The translations under genes were made by a program, and so were the position numbers. Below, one piece after another: positions 21,288 to 32,847 of a stretch of DNA of 38,664 nucleotides. Source of the DNA: Octopus sinensis. Taxonomy: Eukaryota. The first letter of the stretch is position 1. Each line of letters opens with the position of its first letter. The stretch covers positions 1-38,664 of the forward strand of contig NW_021835499.1 of assembly GCF_006345805.1 (NCBI RefSeq). The letters run 5' to 3'. Below the pieces are notes generated by a model, which was not told where the DNA came from, did not search any database, and was given only the letters and a program-made list of their open reading frames with translations.

Positions 21288-21584
21288 GAAAAACCACTAT
21301 TATGCAATTCAAACAATGATAGACATAAACCAAATCATAAATAAAAAATAAAATATAGTTTAAAACATAACTAGATCACATTCATTTTTGTACTTTTTGT
21401 GATCTAGTTATATGTTTTATAATATATTTTATTTTTTATCTATGATTTCGTTTATGTCTATCATTGTTTGAAGTGCATAATAGTGGTTTTCCTCTAATTT
21501 ATAGATATTATATATTTATATTGTGAAATTTGATTTAATACCAAATTGAATTTTTCCTTGTAAGTTTGGAGTTTATACTAAGAT

Positions 21585-21590
<6 letters not shown>
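21282..21590. repeat. Fold-back element (~98-bp arms, 21282-21498) plus tail, flanked by (TA)n
   Basis: ATTAGAGAAAAACCACTATTATGC.. is inverted as ..GCATAATAGTGGTTTTCCTCTAAT. Confidence 0.85.
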
Positions 21591-21621
<31 letters not shown>

Positions 21622-21714
21622 CCAATAACTGATGAGCATGTCCATGTCTTATTTTTTTCCTTATGTTCCTTTCTCATCCTTCTGTGCATTTCTTACTCTT
21701 TCCTTCTCTCTCTT

Positions 21715-23700
21715 ATCATTTAACATCTGTTCTCCACGCTGGCATGGTTGGAATAGTTTGACAGAAGGTGACCAGCTGAAGAGGTGCCTGGGATCCATAT
21801 TGTTTGTTTTGACATGGTTTTAGTGGCTGGATGCCCTTCCTAATGCCAACCATTTTACAGAGTATAATGTGTGCCTTTTGTGTGGCACCATCACCAGTGC
21901 TTTTCACAAGGTACCAGCAAGAACTTGCACGCTTTTCTTTTGTGGGACCATGGTTTTAGGATCTCAACTCTGTTGTGGTGGGGCAGCTCTGCTCAAGTAT
22001 AGCAATGCACCAAATTTCTTCCTGTCATCTCTTTCATCAGGTTCAATATTTAAAGATCGGTTTTCAAAACATTGACACAAGTCTTCCTGGGTCTCCTTCT
22101 TCACACCAACATGCATCATATAATCTTCCCTTCACCCAACAGAGGGAACAGCTCTCGGAAAATTCTCCATCCTATTTTTATTCTAGCAATTACACTTTAA
22201 GTACAACCTCCTCCCCCCTACTAATCAGAACACCTAGGTAACAAAAACTATCTGCAACTTCTATAATCACAGGGACATTTAAGGAAATCAATTTCTCGTG
22301 TAGCTGTGGTCGTTATGGCTCCTGTACACCTTCACATACAAACACTAATTTCTCTGTTATCCTTCCAACTATTCCACTACACCTCTTGCCTGCTTATAGC
22401 TTGCACTGGGTACATTGAATGGAATTACTGCCTACACCCTTCCTACATACTGAATAGGGACATTTAGCTGATGGGCGAAAGGTCCTGTTGGGTTTCTTGC
22501 TTATTACAACCTTGGTCCTTGCTAAATTTACCTTAAGACCATCTAATTCCAGGTTCTGTTTCCGCACCCAGAATTTCTTTTCTAATTCTGTTACATATTC
22601 TGCTATGAGGGCAAGGTCATTAGCATGTAGAAGTCCTCTGGGCTTCCAGTCTTACATTGCTCTCTTATGGCCCAGAGGATGATGAAGAATAGTAGGGGGC
22701 TGGGAACCAACCCTTGGTGGACACCTACCTATGCACTAAATTCATCAGTGTACACACGGCTAACTCTCACTTTACTAACAGTACCCCTTTACATGGCCTA
22801 TACTACTTTCATGGGCCATTTGTCTATCTCTAGCTTCTTCAGGGACCACTCTATCTCACAGCAGGGATCTCTGTTGAAGGTTTTCTGCAGATCAACAAAT
22901 GCCAAGTAAAACTGCTTGTTCTTAGCTAAATACTTCTTTTGACTATGTATTTCTATCTGGGACAAAATCAAATTGCATTTCAGCCAGCCTAATTCCGCTC
23001 CTAATTAATTGTGCTAAAATTCTCTCTACAACTTTCATCACCTGTTCCAGCATCTTGATACCTCTATAATTACTTCTAAGGCATCTCACTTGCTCTTGTA
23101 GCACCTGACTTCATTGTCATTAGGGATTACATCTTGAATCACCCAATTCACTACATTGGCGAGACTGTATCCAACTACCAGATATCTTAAGCATTTCGAC
23201 AGTGACTCCTCATGGGTCAGGGGACATTCCTATTTTCATATCCTTAATTGCTTTATCTAGCATGCTGGTGTCAACCAGGACAGCTGGTCCCTTTGTAGGG
23301 TTCACATAAGGAAGATTCCCTTCCTCCCGTTCATTCTCCACATCTAATAGTCCCTTATAGTAGCTCTTCCAAATTTCTTTTTCTCCAGAATCACTAATAG
23401 CAAACATACCATTATCTGTCCATACACACTTCTCTTCCACATGTTGATTCTCTAACACAAATGTCTGGCAACCCAGAACACCTCAAGTCTCTCATCTTCA
23501 TATTGTAAACTCCTTCCTTTCTGCTTCTGCTCTGGCAAGATATACCTGACGTTTAGCTCCTCTTTTAGTTGTCTGATATGGTTGTTTGCTCCCCCAATTC
23601 TTCCTGTCATTCCAGGCTTGTCTTGTCTCTTCCATAGTCATGACTAGCTTGTTCCATCACCAGGACTCTCTTGGGCTGGTGGAGCACAATTGTGCAGCTA
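21715..23700 (-). mobile_element. Old degenerate copy of the RTE LINE family (RT region to 3' tail)
   Basis: Broken-frame motifs EKCV..EIWKSYYKGLL, PSPLLFFIIL, LHANDLALIAE, DSFCYLG; family tail at 21715-21900. Confidence 0.85.
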
Positions 23701-23806
23701 TGCCAATGGTCTGTGTTTAACTCAAACACGCACTCATACAATAATCCGTGAACAGAAGACAAAAGAAAATTGCAGCAAAGCTGTGGGATAGTGGTGACAG
23801 ACGTGG

Positions 23807-24060
23807 GGCGAAATGCGTAGCCGTATTTCGAAGGCGGTCAGCTGGCAGAGACGTTAGCACGCCGGGCGAAATGCGTAGCCGTATTTCGTCTGCCTTTACG
23901 TTCTGAGTTCAAATTCCGCCAAAGTCGACTTTGCCTTTCATTCTTTCGGGGTCGATAAATTAAGTACCAGTTACGCACTGAGGTCGATGTAATCGACTTA
24001 ATCCGTTTGTCTGTCCTTGTTTGTCCCCTCTATATTTAGCCCCTTGTGGGTAATAAAGAA
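23807..24060 (+). mobile_element. Young tRNA-derived SINE, family 2, with 10-bp TSD
   Basis: TSD ACAGACGTGG at 23797-23806 and 24061-24070; A-box TGGCAGAGACGTTAGC and B-box GAGTTCAAATTCC. Confidence 0.9.
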
Positions 24061-24079
24061 ACAGACGTGGTGTGCAAGG

Positions 24080-24560
24080 CCACCATTTAACTTGACATTG
24101 CATTTTTATTCTTCTCCTCAGTTTCATTTTGACATATGCCTTGCGTTCTTATCCTTCTGTGTCACGAATTCAGTGTGCACATGGATATTGCGTATTCATC
24201 CTTCTTGCCTTGGTTCCTACTCAGAACTGCTTTGGGTTCATAACCATCTCACGAACTTCGATGGTTGTGGAATAACTGACGAGATTAGGAAATTATTGCA
24301 GTTTGATATCTAGGAGTGATCTCCCTTCTACGACTTCCTTGACCGAGCAACAAACGGCCACACCCATTAACTGTTGCCTAGGAAACTGATCAGGTCCTTG
24401 GTGATGTTCACCGCGGTACATAATAACTCCTGATGCTTCATACATTCCACCCATTCCGGTGTTCCTTTTGATGTACGGACTATATTACCTGGATAGCACT
24501 ACTGGATTATAAACCCTTTTGAATTAGACCTGGTAATAATTTTGAGTCTTTGTAAATGAC
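24080..24560 (-). mobile_element. Possible degenerate R4/Dong-like LINE C-terminal remnant
   Basis: Fragmentary similarity to ..KLL...HH...PR..GGRGL.. across frameshifts. Confidence 0.3.
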
Positions 24561-24627
24561 AGGGAAATGGAATATTCGGCGGAATTCTAGTTTAAACTTT
24601 CCATATAACTCGTCATAACCTTCTTCA

Positions 24628-25054
24628 TTATGGCTCCTGTACATCTTCACATACAAACACTAATTTCTCTGTTATCCTTCCAACTATTCCACTACACCTC
24701 TTGCCTGCTTATAGCTTGCACTGGGTACATTGAACGGAATTACTGCCTACACCCTTCCTACATACTGAATAGGGACATTTAGCTGATGGGCGAAAGGTCC
24801 TGTTGGGTTTCTTGGTCTTTGCTAAATTTACCTTAAGACCATCTAATTCCAGGTTCTGTTTCCACACCCAGAATTTCTTTTCTAATTTTGTTACATATTC
24901 TGCTATGAGGGCAAGGTCATTAGCATGTAGGAGTTCCTCTGGGCTTCCAGTCTTACATTGCTCTCTTATGGCCCAGAGGATGATGAAGAATAGTAGGGGG
25001 CTGGGAACCAACCCTTGGTAGACACCTACCTATGCACTAAATTCATCAGTGTAC
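24628..25054 (-). repeat. Recent local duplicate of 22313-22753 (RTE fragment)
   Basis: Near-identical sequence with a 15-bp deletion (CTTATTACAACCTTG) at a CTTG microhomology. Confidence 0.92.
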
Positions 25055-25690
25055 TGTTACTATTATTTATGACAACCCTAACCCCAAAACCTTAAAGGTA
25101 AAACCAGTACAAACGCACGAACGATGTCATAACAGTGACAAACGAAATATACACGGAAGATAGTTGCTGTTGATAAATAAAAGCAGTAATTTTATTCAGC
25201 TGAATACACATCACTGATTTGTTGAAGGTAAAGATTCCATATAACTCGTCATAGCATTCTCCAGTTTCTTTGGGCATTCTTACACATGCATGACCCCCAC
25301 CACAGAATTTGGGTAAAATTACAGATCAACACCCGCACGATTTTCACTAAGAAAAAAAAAAGACTCGGACTTTTTGCGTGGAATCAAGTACCCTGACCTC
25401 CTAATATGCTGCAAATCCCATATTTTGGTTCGGAATTGGTCCGGAGGGGGGCGGGGACCCTAATTCTAAAACCTTAACCCTAATTCTAAAACCTTAACCG
25501 TAAAGCTAAACGCACGACCGATGTCATAACTAACAGTGACAAACGAAATATAGTTGACGGCTGTAATTTTATTCAGCTGAATACACATCACTGATTTGTT
25601 GAAGGTAAAGATTCCATATAACTCGTCATAGCATTCTCCAGTTTCTCTGGGTATTCTTACACATGTATGACCCCCACCACAGAATTTGTT
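25055..25690. repeat. Two direct copies (~25075-25310 and ~25480-25690) of an unclassified element
   Basis: Shared AACGCACG..GTAATTTATTCAGCTGAATACAC..CCCCACCACAGAATTTG. Confidence 0.8.
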
Positions 25691-25753
25691 GACTCGTAAC
25701 TGTCAGAAAAAATGGATATTTTTTAACAAAAGTTTCCACAAATACACTTTAGA

Positions 25754-26015
25754 GATCTTTTCGGTTTGGACGGCAGTTTTTTCTAGCGGTGTCATATGAA
25801 ATTGACACCCATAATTATAACCCTAGTATCGATCTAATGCATTTCAATCTCTTTTAGGGTTAGGGTTAGGGGTGGGGAGAAGGGTATCTATTTTCTTCAG
25901 AAATGTAAATAAACCCAATCTGTTTCTTAAACGAGGGACATATTCAATCGGCACAGACTGTTTTCACCTCAGATCCCACTTCAGATGGCATGGATGCCGA
26001 TTACATCGGAATTTA
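25754..26015 (-). mobile_element. Internally deleted inverted copy of the element at 28716-31068
   Basis: 25855-25970 and 25972-26015 are reverse complements of ~28954-29070 and ~28716-28758; GATC at both ends of the core. Confidence 0.75.
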
Positions 26016-26689
26016 TTATATATTAAAAAAAAATTCCGAGTGTGGGGTGAGGAGTTTTGGAAAATTCAAACGAAACAGTTTTCTTTATGGGTAACTTTAA
26101 GAAAAAAAAGCATCGTTTTTTAATGAAAACGAAAAATATCGATCTTCCGCAGATGGTATACCAAAACTGGAACCATTTGGATGGTGATTTCCATAAAAAT
26201 ATGTGGTAATCTTGCATATATACACCCTCGCCGACTTTGTTGCCTAACTGCCAGAAAAGTAGATACTTTTCAATGAAATTTTCTACAAATCGCTTAGATT
26301 CTGCAGATTCAGAATATATAGGAATTTGTTGGAAAGAACTTTTCTGAAGAGGTGTGGAAAGTTTCTGAAAATTCATACGACCCGACTTTTTTTCCTCATA
26401 ACTTTTAGTAATTTAACGAATTGCTTTTTCAAGCGGTTTTTTTTTGGATATTTCTTTTTAAAAAAATCTAAAATAATTTCTCGTTTTGTGTTGTTCTTGA
26501 TTGCTTTTCATTCATCTATTCAAGAAATAACATAGAGGTGGATAACAAGTGCAGACAAAGGGATTAGTGTTGCATCATCTTCGAAGAACACCACAATCGT
26601 GTGACAAGTCGCTCCTACAACGACTACCTATCCTATAACAAATGTTCATACAATTTCGGTTGAAAGTTATTAAACAACGTAAAAAAAAA

Positions 26690-27018
26690 TATTTATGTTG
26701 TTTAGAAAAAAAATTTATTTACTTAGTTTTAAAAAAATTATTTACTTTGTGTAAAAAGTTATTTATTTTGTTTAAAAAAACCCAAGTTATGATGAGGTAC
26801 CAAAGGTTTATGTAATTATGATGAGGTACCAAAGGTTTATGTAATTATGGGTATGATGGGGGTACTTGCCGTGTATTTAGGTTGTTTAGAAAAAATTATT
26901 AATTTATTTTGTTTTGGAAAAAAAACCCTACATAACACACTCGCGCTAGGTAGTGGCTGTAGGATCGACTAGCAAGCGCTAGTACGCGCACCGGGACCAC
27001 TCTTCTTAAATAGTACCA
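26690..27018. mobile_element. Partial copy of the GGTAC-TIR MITE
   Basis: AGGATCGACTAG..GGGACCACTCTTCTTAAATAGTACC terminus and similar T-rich interior. Confidence 0.7.
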
Positions 27019-27188
27019 ATAATATTTCATAAAGCATGGATTAGATTCTGTAGGTTTAAAATTGGTTTTATGCAAGCAGGTATGTGTTTATCTATGCAGT
27101 CTGTGTATGGCTGTGGTGAGAGTTTTTCACCTCTTTTACTTTTTTCAGTAAAATACATATGCGAATGGTAAAAGAAAAACTATGGATC

Positions 27189-27423
27189 TTACATTCGACG
27201 GATATTCGTCCTCATCTTGTTTGTTGTTAAGAGTGGTTAAGAGCACGGGCTACTAACCCCAAGATTCCGAGTTCGATTCCAAGCAGTGACCTGAACACTA
27301 ACAATAATAGCATCGAAAAATACCCTTAGGAATGAGAACCCACGTTCGATGGAGGCTGGGGGGTATATCAGCCGAAACCTTGTGTTAACAACAAACAAGA
27401 TGACAGGTATCCGTCGAATGTAA
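27189..27423 (+). mobile_element. Composite repeat: inverted ends, tRNA-like Pol III boxes and hammerhead-like relic
   Basis: 27189-27230 is inverted at 27385-27423. AGTGGTTAAGAGC and GTTCGATTCC boxes; GGCTG..CAGCC-GAAAC at 27354-27378. Confidence 0.55.
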
Positions 27424-27435
27424 AATAATGTACAT

Positions 27436-28264
27436 ACTTTCTCATCTCTTAAATATAGAACTGTAAAAAGCATTCAGTTTACGAACTTTTTGCTTAAATC
27501 CCAGTAACAGGCCATGAAATGTGTTTATGGGGAAAAAATATTGAAAAAAATCGATACATCGGAGAACAAATAAACGATGACGGTATGAGATTGTCGTGAG
27601 GGTGGGTGGGCACTGTCATGGTGCTAAAAGTTCCAGTCCTTAAACTACACGCCAAAAAATGTTTTCTTTTGCTTTTTTTAACAACTTCATAGTTACAAAT
27701 TGCAAGATAAAATAAGGGTTTCTTACCTTCCTTCACTTAGCAAATAATTCCAGTCACTATTTGTGTACAAAGAATTGCAAGGGAACCGGTCTATCATACG
27801 TGGTGGCCGAAATGAAAGTAGATGCAGCGATGGGTGCACCTGTAGCGGTATCTGATATCCTCACTCGAACACACAGACACAAACACGTGTTGCATGCACA
27901 CATACACAACACTTGCTAACACTCACAACCTCTAACTTGTAAATAAAATCTTATCTTATCTCAAACAGTGGAACGGCTTGTCAACGTGCATTTATATTCT
28001 GTTGGCACTACTTTGTATAAATAGTACCTATGGCTTATCTTATTTCGTTACGGATGCGATTGCGTGACTTACCTATGTCACCAACCTCATCACATGCGGT
28101 CGTTTTTTAAGGAACTAACATTCGTCATGAGAGACGATTTTGTGTATCGATTTTTTTCAATATTTTTCCCCATAAACACATTTCATGGCCTGTTACTGGG
28201 ATTTAAGCAAAAAGTTCGTAAACTGAATGCTTTTTACAGTTCTATATTTAAGAGATGAGAAAGT
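27436..28264. mobile_element. ~830-bp element bounded by ~125-bp near-perfect inverted repeats
   Basis: ACTTTCTCATCTCTTAAATATAGAAC..GATACA is inverted at ~28140-28264. No TSD recognised. Confidence 0.75.
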
Positions 28265-28308
28265 TTGAGAGACACTTTCCCTCCCTTCTACCAATCTTGG
28301 AAACCTTA

Positions 28309-28707
28309 TCTTTATATATAAAAGTCAAGTTGTGTGTCTATCTCCTACGATTTAGATTCCTAACTACTCCCACATTTTGCGGTGCAGTTTAACCAAAACT
28401 GGGTATCTTATAGTCGTGATTCATATCGAGCCCTTCTGGGTATTAGCGGATGTCTACGATGAGTCTACGATTTTAAAAATAATTTACCATTAATTTTTCC
28501 CATTTTAATGCATTTTTTCGCTATTATATAAGGGAAGTAACTCTCTAAAAATGTCTACGATGAGTCAACGATTTAAAAAAAAAATTTACCATCATTTTTT
28601 TCCATTTTTAAATGCATTTTTTTGCTATTTTTTGGCTACAACTCTCTAAAAATGCTTATATAGTTATTTCCCTTACAAACCCGAGCAACGCCGGGCGATA
28701 CTGCTAG
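28309..28707 (+). mobile_element. Non-autonomous Helitron (second subfamily)
   Basis: A|TC start, hairpin CCCGAGCAACGCCGGG, CTAG|T end. Confidence 0.85.
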
Positions 28708-28754
28708 TATATAATAAATTTCGATGTAATCAGCATCCATGCCATCTGAAATGG

Positions 28755-31068
28755 GATCTTTTCGGTTCGACCGGTAGTTTTTAAAAATAATTTCCACGTA
28801 ACTAAACACTTTTAAACTTCGTATACTGGTAGAATGTGTTTATAAAACATCTCTTTCTCTTGGCTTTATTGAGGGAATTCTATAGTTTGTAAGATATTTA
28901 TTGTTTTTTTTTTTCTTCAATTTCTGCAATTTTAACCAATCAATGACGTCTACTGAGGTGAAAACAGTCTGTGCCGTATGAATATGTCCCTCGTTTAAGA
29001 AACAGATTGGGTTTATTTACATTTGTGAAGAAAAAAGATACCCTTCTCACCACCCCTAACCCAAACCCTAAATTTTAGCCTTTCGTTTTTTTTTCTTAAT
29101 TGTTAAATTAATTTAATTGTTACGCGTGTGTCTAAAATTATTCGTTTTGTTTTTGTTTTGAGTTTTTGCTTTCGTTTTTTTTTCTTAATTGTTAAATTAA
29201 AATTATTTTCCATTGCTTTCGTTTTTTTTTCTTAATTGTTATCCTTAAATTAATTTAACAATCAAGAAAAAATAAACCGAAAGGCTAAAATTTGGGGTGA
29301 GGGTTAAGGTTAGTGACAGGATGTTGTCTGTTTTAGACGCAGCAAATGATTGTAGCTCACTAGAGGCCGTAGGATTAGTTAAAATTCGAAAAATTAAACT
29401 TCGTTAAACTTACAAATTACAATTTTTTCAAGAAAGCCAAGAGAAAAAATTGTTTTATTTTGACACATTCTACCAGTATACGAAGTTTAAAAGTGTCTAG
29501 AAAACTAGAAATTGTATGCCGTTCAAAAGGAAAAGATCCAAAAAATGTTTTATTTTGACACATTCTACCAGTTTACGAAGTTTAAAAGTGTCTAGAAAAC
29601 TAGAAATTGTATGCCGTTCAAAAGGAAAAGATCCAAAACATGTTTTATTTTGACACATTCTACCAGTTTACGAAGTTTAAAAGTGTCTAGAAAACTAGAA
29701 ATTGTATGCCGTTCAAAAGGAAAAGATCCAAAGCATGTTTTATTTTGACACATTCTACCAGTTTACGAAGTTTAAAAGTGTCTAGAAAACTAGAAATTGT
29801 ATGCCGTTCAAAAGGAAAAGATCCAAAGCATGTTTTATTTTGACACATTCTACCAATTTACGAAGTTTAAAAGTGTCTAGAAAACTAGAAATTGTATGCC
29901 GTTCAAAAGGAAAAGATCCAAAACATGTTTTATTTTGACACATTCTACCAGTTTACGAAGTTTAAAAGTGTCTAGAAAACTAGAAATTGTATGCCGTTCA
30001 AAAGGAAAAGATCCAAAGCATGTTTTATTTTGACACATTCTACCAGTTACGAAGTTTAAAAGTGTCTAGAAAATAGAAAACTAGAAATGTATGCCGTTCA
30101 AAAGGAAAAGATCCAAAGCATGTTTTATTTTGACACATTCTACCAGTTACGAAGTTTAAAAGTGTCTAGAAAACTAGAAATTGTATGCCGTTCAAAAGGA
30201 AAAGATCCAAAGCATGTTTTATTTTGACACATTCTACCAGTTACGAAGTTAAAAGTGTCTAGAAAACTAGAAATTGTATGCCGTTCAAAAGGAAAAGATC
30301 CAAAGCATGTTTTATTTTGACACATTCTACCAGTTTACGAAGTTTAAAAGTGTCTAGAAAACTAGAAATTGTATGCCGTTCAAAAGGAAAAGATCCAAAG
30401 CATGTTTTATTTTGACACATTCTACCAATTTACGAAGTTTAAAAGTGTCTAGAAAACTAGAAATTGTATGCCGTTCAAAAGGAAAAGATCCAAAACATGT
30501 TTTATTTTGACACATTCTACCAGTATACGAAGTTTAAAAGTGTCCAGAAAACTAGAAATTGTATGCCGTTCAAAAGGAAAAGATCCAAAACATGTTTTAT
30601 TTTGACACATTCTACCAGTTTACGAAGTTTAAAAGTGTCTAGAAAACTAGAAATTGTATGCCGTTCAAAAGGAAAAGATCCAAAGCATGTTTTATTTTGA
30701 CACATTCTACCAGTTTACGAAGTTTAAAAGTGTCTAGAAAACTAGAAATTGTATGCCGTTCAAAAGGAAAAGATCCAAAGCATGTTTTATTTTGACACAT
30801 TCTATCAATTTACGAAGTTTAAAAGTGTCTAGAAAACTAGAAATTGTATGCCGTTCAAAAGGAAAAGATCCAAAACATGTTTTATTTTGACACATTCTAC
30901 CAGTATACGAAGTTTAAAAGTGTCTAGAAAACTAGAAATTGTATGCCGTTCAAAAGGAAAAGATCCAAAACATGTTTTATTTTGACACATTCTACCAGTA
31001 TACGAAGTTTAAAAGTGCCTAGAAAACTAGAAATCGTGTTGAAAACTACCGTTCAAAAGGAAAAGGTC
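28755..31068. mobile_element. Non-autonomous element with long imperfect terminal inverted repeats whose right end is tandemly amplified
   Basis: Left GATCTTTTCGGTTCGACCGGTAGTTTT versus right AAAACTACCGTTCAAAAGGAAAAGGTC. 28795-28850 is the reverse complement of the satellite unit. Internal palindrome at 29055-29310. Confidence 0.7.
29451..31068. repeat. 95-bp tandem satellite, ~17 copies
   Basis: GTTCAAAAGG recurs at 29521, 29616, 29711, 29806, 29901, 29996 and on to 31051. Confidence 0.97.
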
Positions 31069-31772
31069 CTGTGTGTGTATCCAACAGGTTTCTATCAGTT
31101 TCTGCCTACCAAATCCCTTCACAAGGTTTTGGTCAACCCATGCTATAGTAGATGACATTTACCCAAGGTGCCACATGGTGGGACTGAACCTTAGACCATG
31201 TGGTTCTATTTTCAGTAATGCTTATTTCTAACCTAAAAACAGTGAATGCATCAGTGCTTTATTAGAATACAACTCCCAGCTATTTGCCAAAAATATTAAA
31301 TATGAATATTGTATTTTCTCCTTCCTGGAAACACATCAGGTTAGATAGCCACAGGCGTGGCTGTGGGGGAAGAAGTTTGCTTCCCAACCACATGGTCCTG
31401 GGTTCAGTCCCACTGCAGCAGTACCTTGGGCAAAGTGTTTTCTAGTTCATCCTTCGGCTGACAAAAGACTTGTCAGTGGATTTGGTCAAAAGAAACTGAA
31501 GGAGGTAAAAGATGAATGGTAATGGGTTATAAATAAAGCAATTTTTTGTCAAAAAGTTAAAATCCATAAAAGAGTTTGTTTCAAGGTTAAAACCGAAAAT
31601 AAGAATCTCTTTTCAAATTAAAAATCATGCAATAAGGTAGGAAAAATGAAATTTCGCAATAAAAAAAAATGGATTAAATACTGAAAGGAATAAATAAAAT
31701 CGTTAATATATATTTTTAGGTGTAGTCTAAACCTAAATTTGATATCATCTCTACTAGATTTTTAGTATTAAA

Positions 31773-32847
31773 CCCTTTCGTTACCAAACCGCCCAAAGCC
31801 GCCCGAAAGAAATTTTGGTTAATGTGACCAAACCCGCCCGTATTTACCTATTCATATTTAAATGAGAATATCAGAGCAAATCTCTTTAGTACATTCGTGA
31901 AAACAAGTGATAATACTTCGTAAACAGTCCATCTACAGTTTTGTACAACGATCAAAGTGTAATTTTAATTACGTTAATTTTGGGAGATTTTTTTCCGAAA
32001 TTTGTTCCTATTGTGTTTTCAAAATTTGTAATTCTGACAAAAAATGGATACGAATTTCATTATATCAAGCAGCGAGTCAGAATTCGAAGGATTTTCTACT
32101 GAAGACCTTCATAAATCTAACTCTATGACTGAAAAAAAAAAAGCACGTGGTATTTGATAATGAATCTGATGTTTCATTTTCCGAAAGTGAAAACAGTGAA
32201 TCCGAGAGCTCCGACAGCGATAAAGAAAATGAATTGGCACCTGAATGGAGTGAAAATTAAAACTGTTTCTTTCGGTGATTTTTCTGAAGAAACTGGACCA
32301 AGCCACAGACTTTCCCAGGAGAGTAAAGTGATAGACTATTTTTTTACTTTTTCCGATGAGTCTATTTGAACTCATTATGGCGGAAACGAATCGTTACGCT
32401 AAATGTAAACAAAGCGAAAGAAAGGATAGTTAGTGGTTTCCCACAACCTTAAATGAAATTCAGACTATTTTGCCATAAATATTATTATGGGTATCAGGAA
32501 GTTACCCAGAATAACAAATTCTATCGTAAAATTTTGTTGTATACCCAATTGAATATTAGCTAATAACCCATTTTCTATAGCGATGTTTGAAAAAAAATTT
32601 AATAATTTTATATTTTGTTGAATTAACCTGTATCTACCTGCAATTAGAGTCACCTTGTGACAAAAATTATAGTATAGAATTGGTTGAGAACATTTCATTA
32701 AATTATCTTCCAAAAATCAGATAAATATATTGATAAATAAAAAAGTTATAGTTGTTTAATGAAGCCAGACTAAATTTATGATTATGTTAGAAATTAATTG
32801 AAACACATAAGGGGGGTATTTTGGTCAGAAATATAGTAACGAAAGGG
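31773..32847 (+). mobile_element. Internally deleted piggyBac-type transposon
   Basis: 12-bp TIRs CCCTTTCGTTAC / GTAACGAAAGGG; TTAA on the right and TTAAA on the left. Acidic N-terminus plus ELIMAETNRYA..WFPTTLNEI..IMGIRKLP remnant at ~32150-32520. Confidence 0.88.

Noticed and set aside
25855-25875. Telomeric (TTAGGG)n remnant
   Set aside because: Only 2-3 units, and they are an internal part of a dispersed element also present at 29055-29070.
26023-26376. 117-aa ORF as a Merlin transposase or host exon
   Set aside because: No DDE or other diagnostic motif and no convincing splice sites could be identified.
27226-27292. tRNA gene
   Set aside because: A/B boxes are present but the acceptor stem is missing (5' end replaced by an inverted duplicate). 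Treated as a SINE-like head.
29451-31068. CRISPR-like array
   Set aside because: Monomers are fully repeated with no unique spacers, there are no cas genes, and the context is eukaryotic. It is a satellite.
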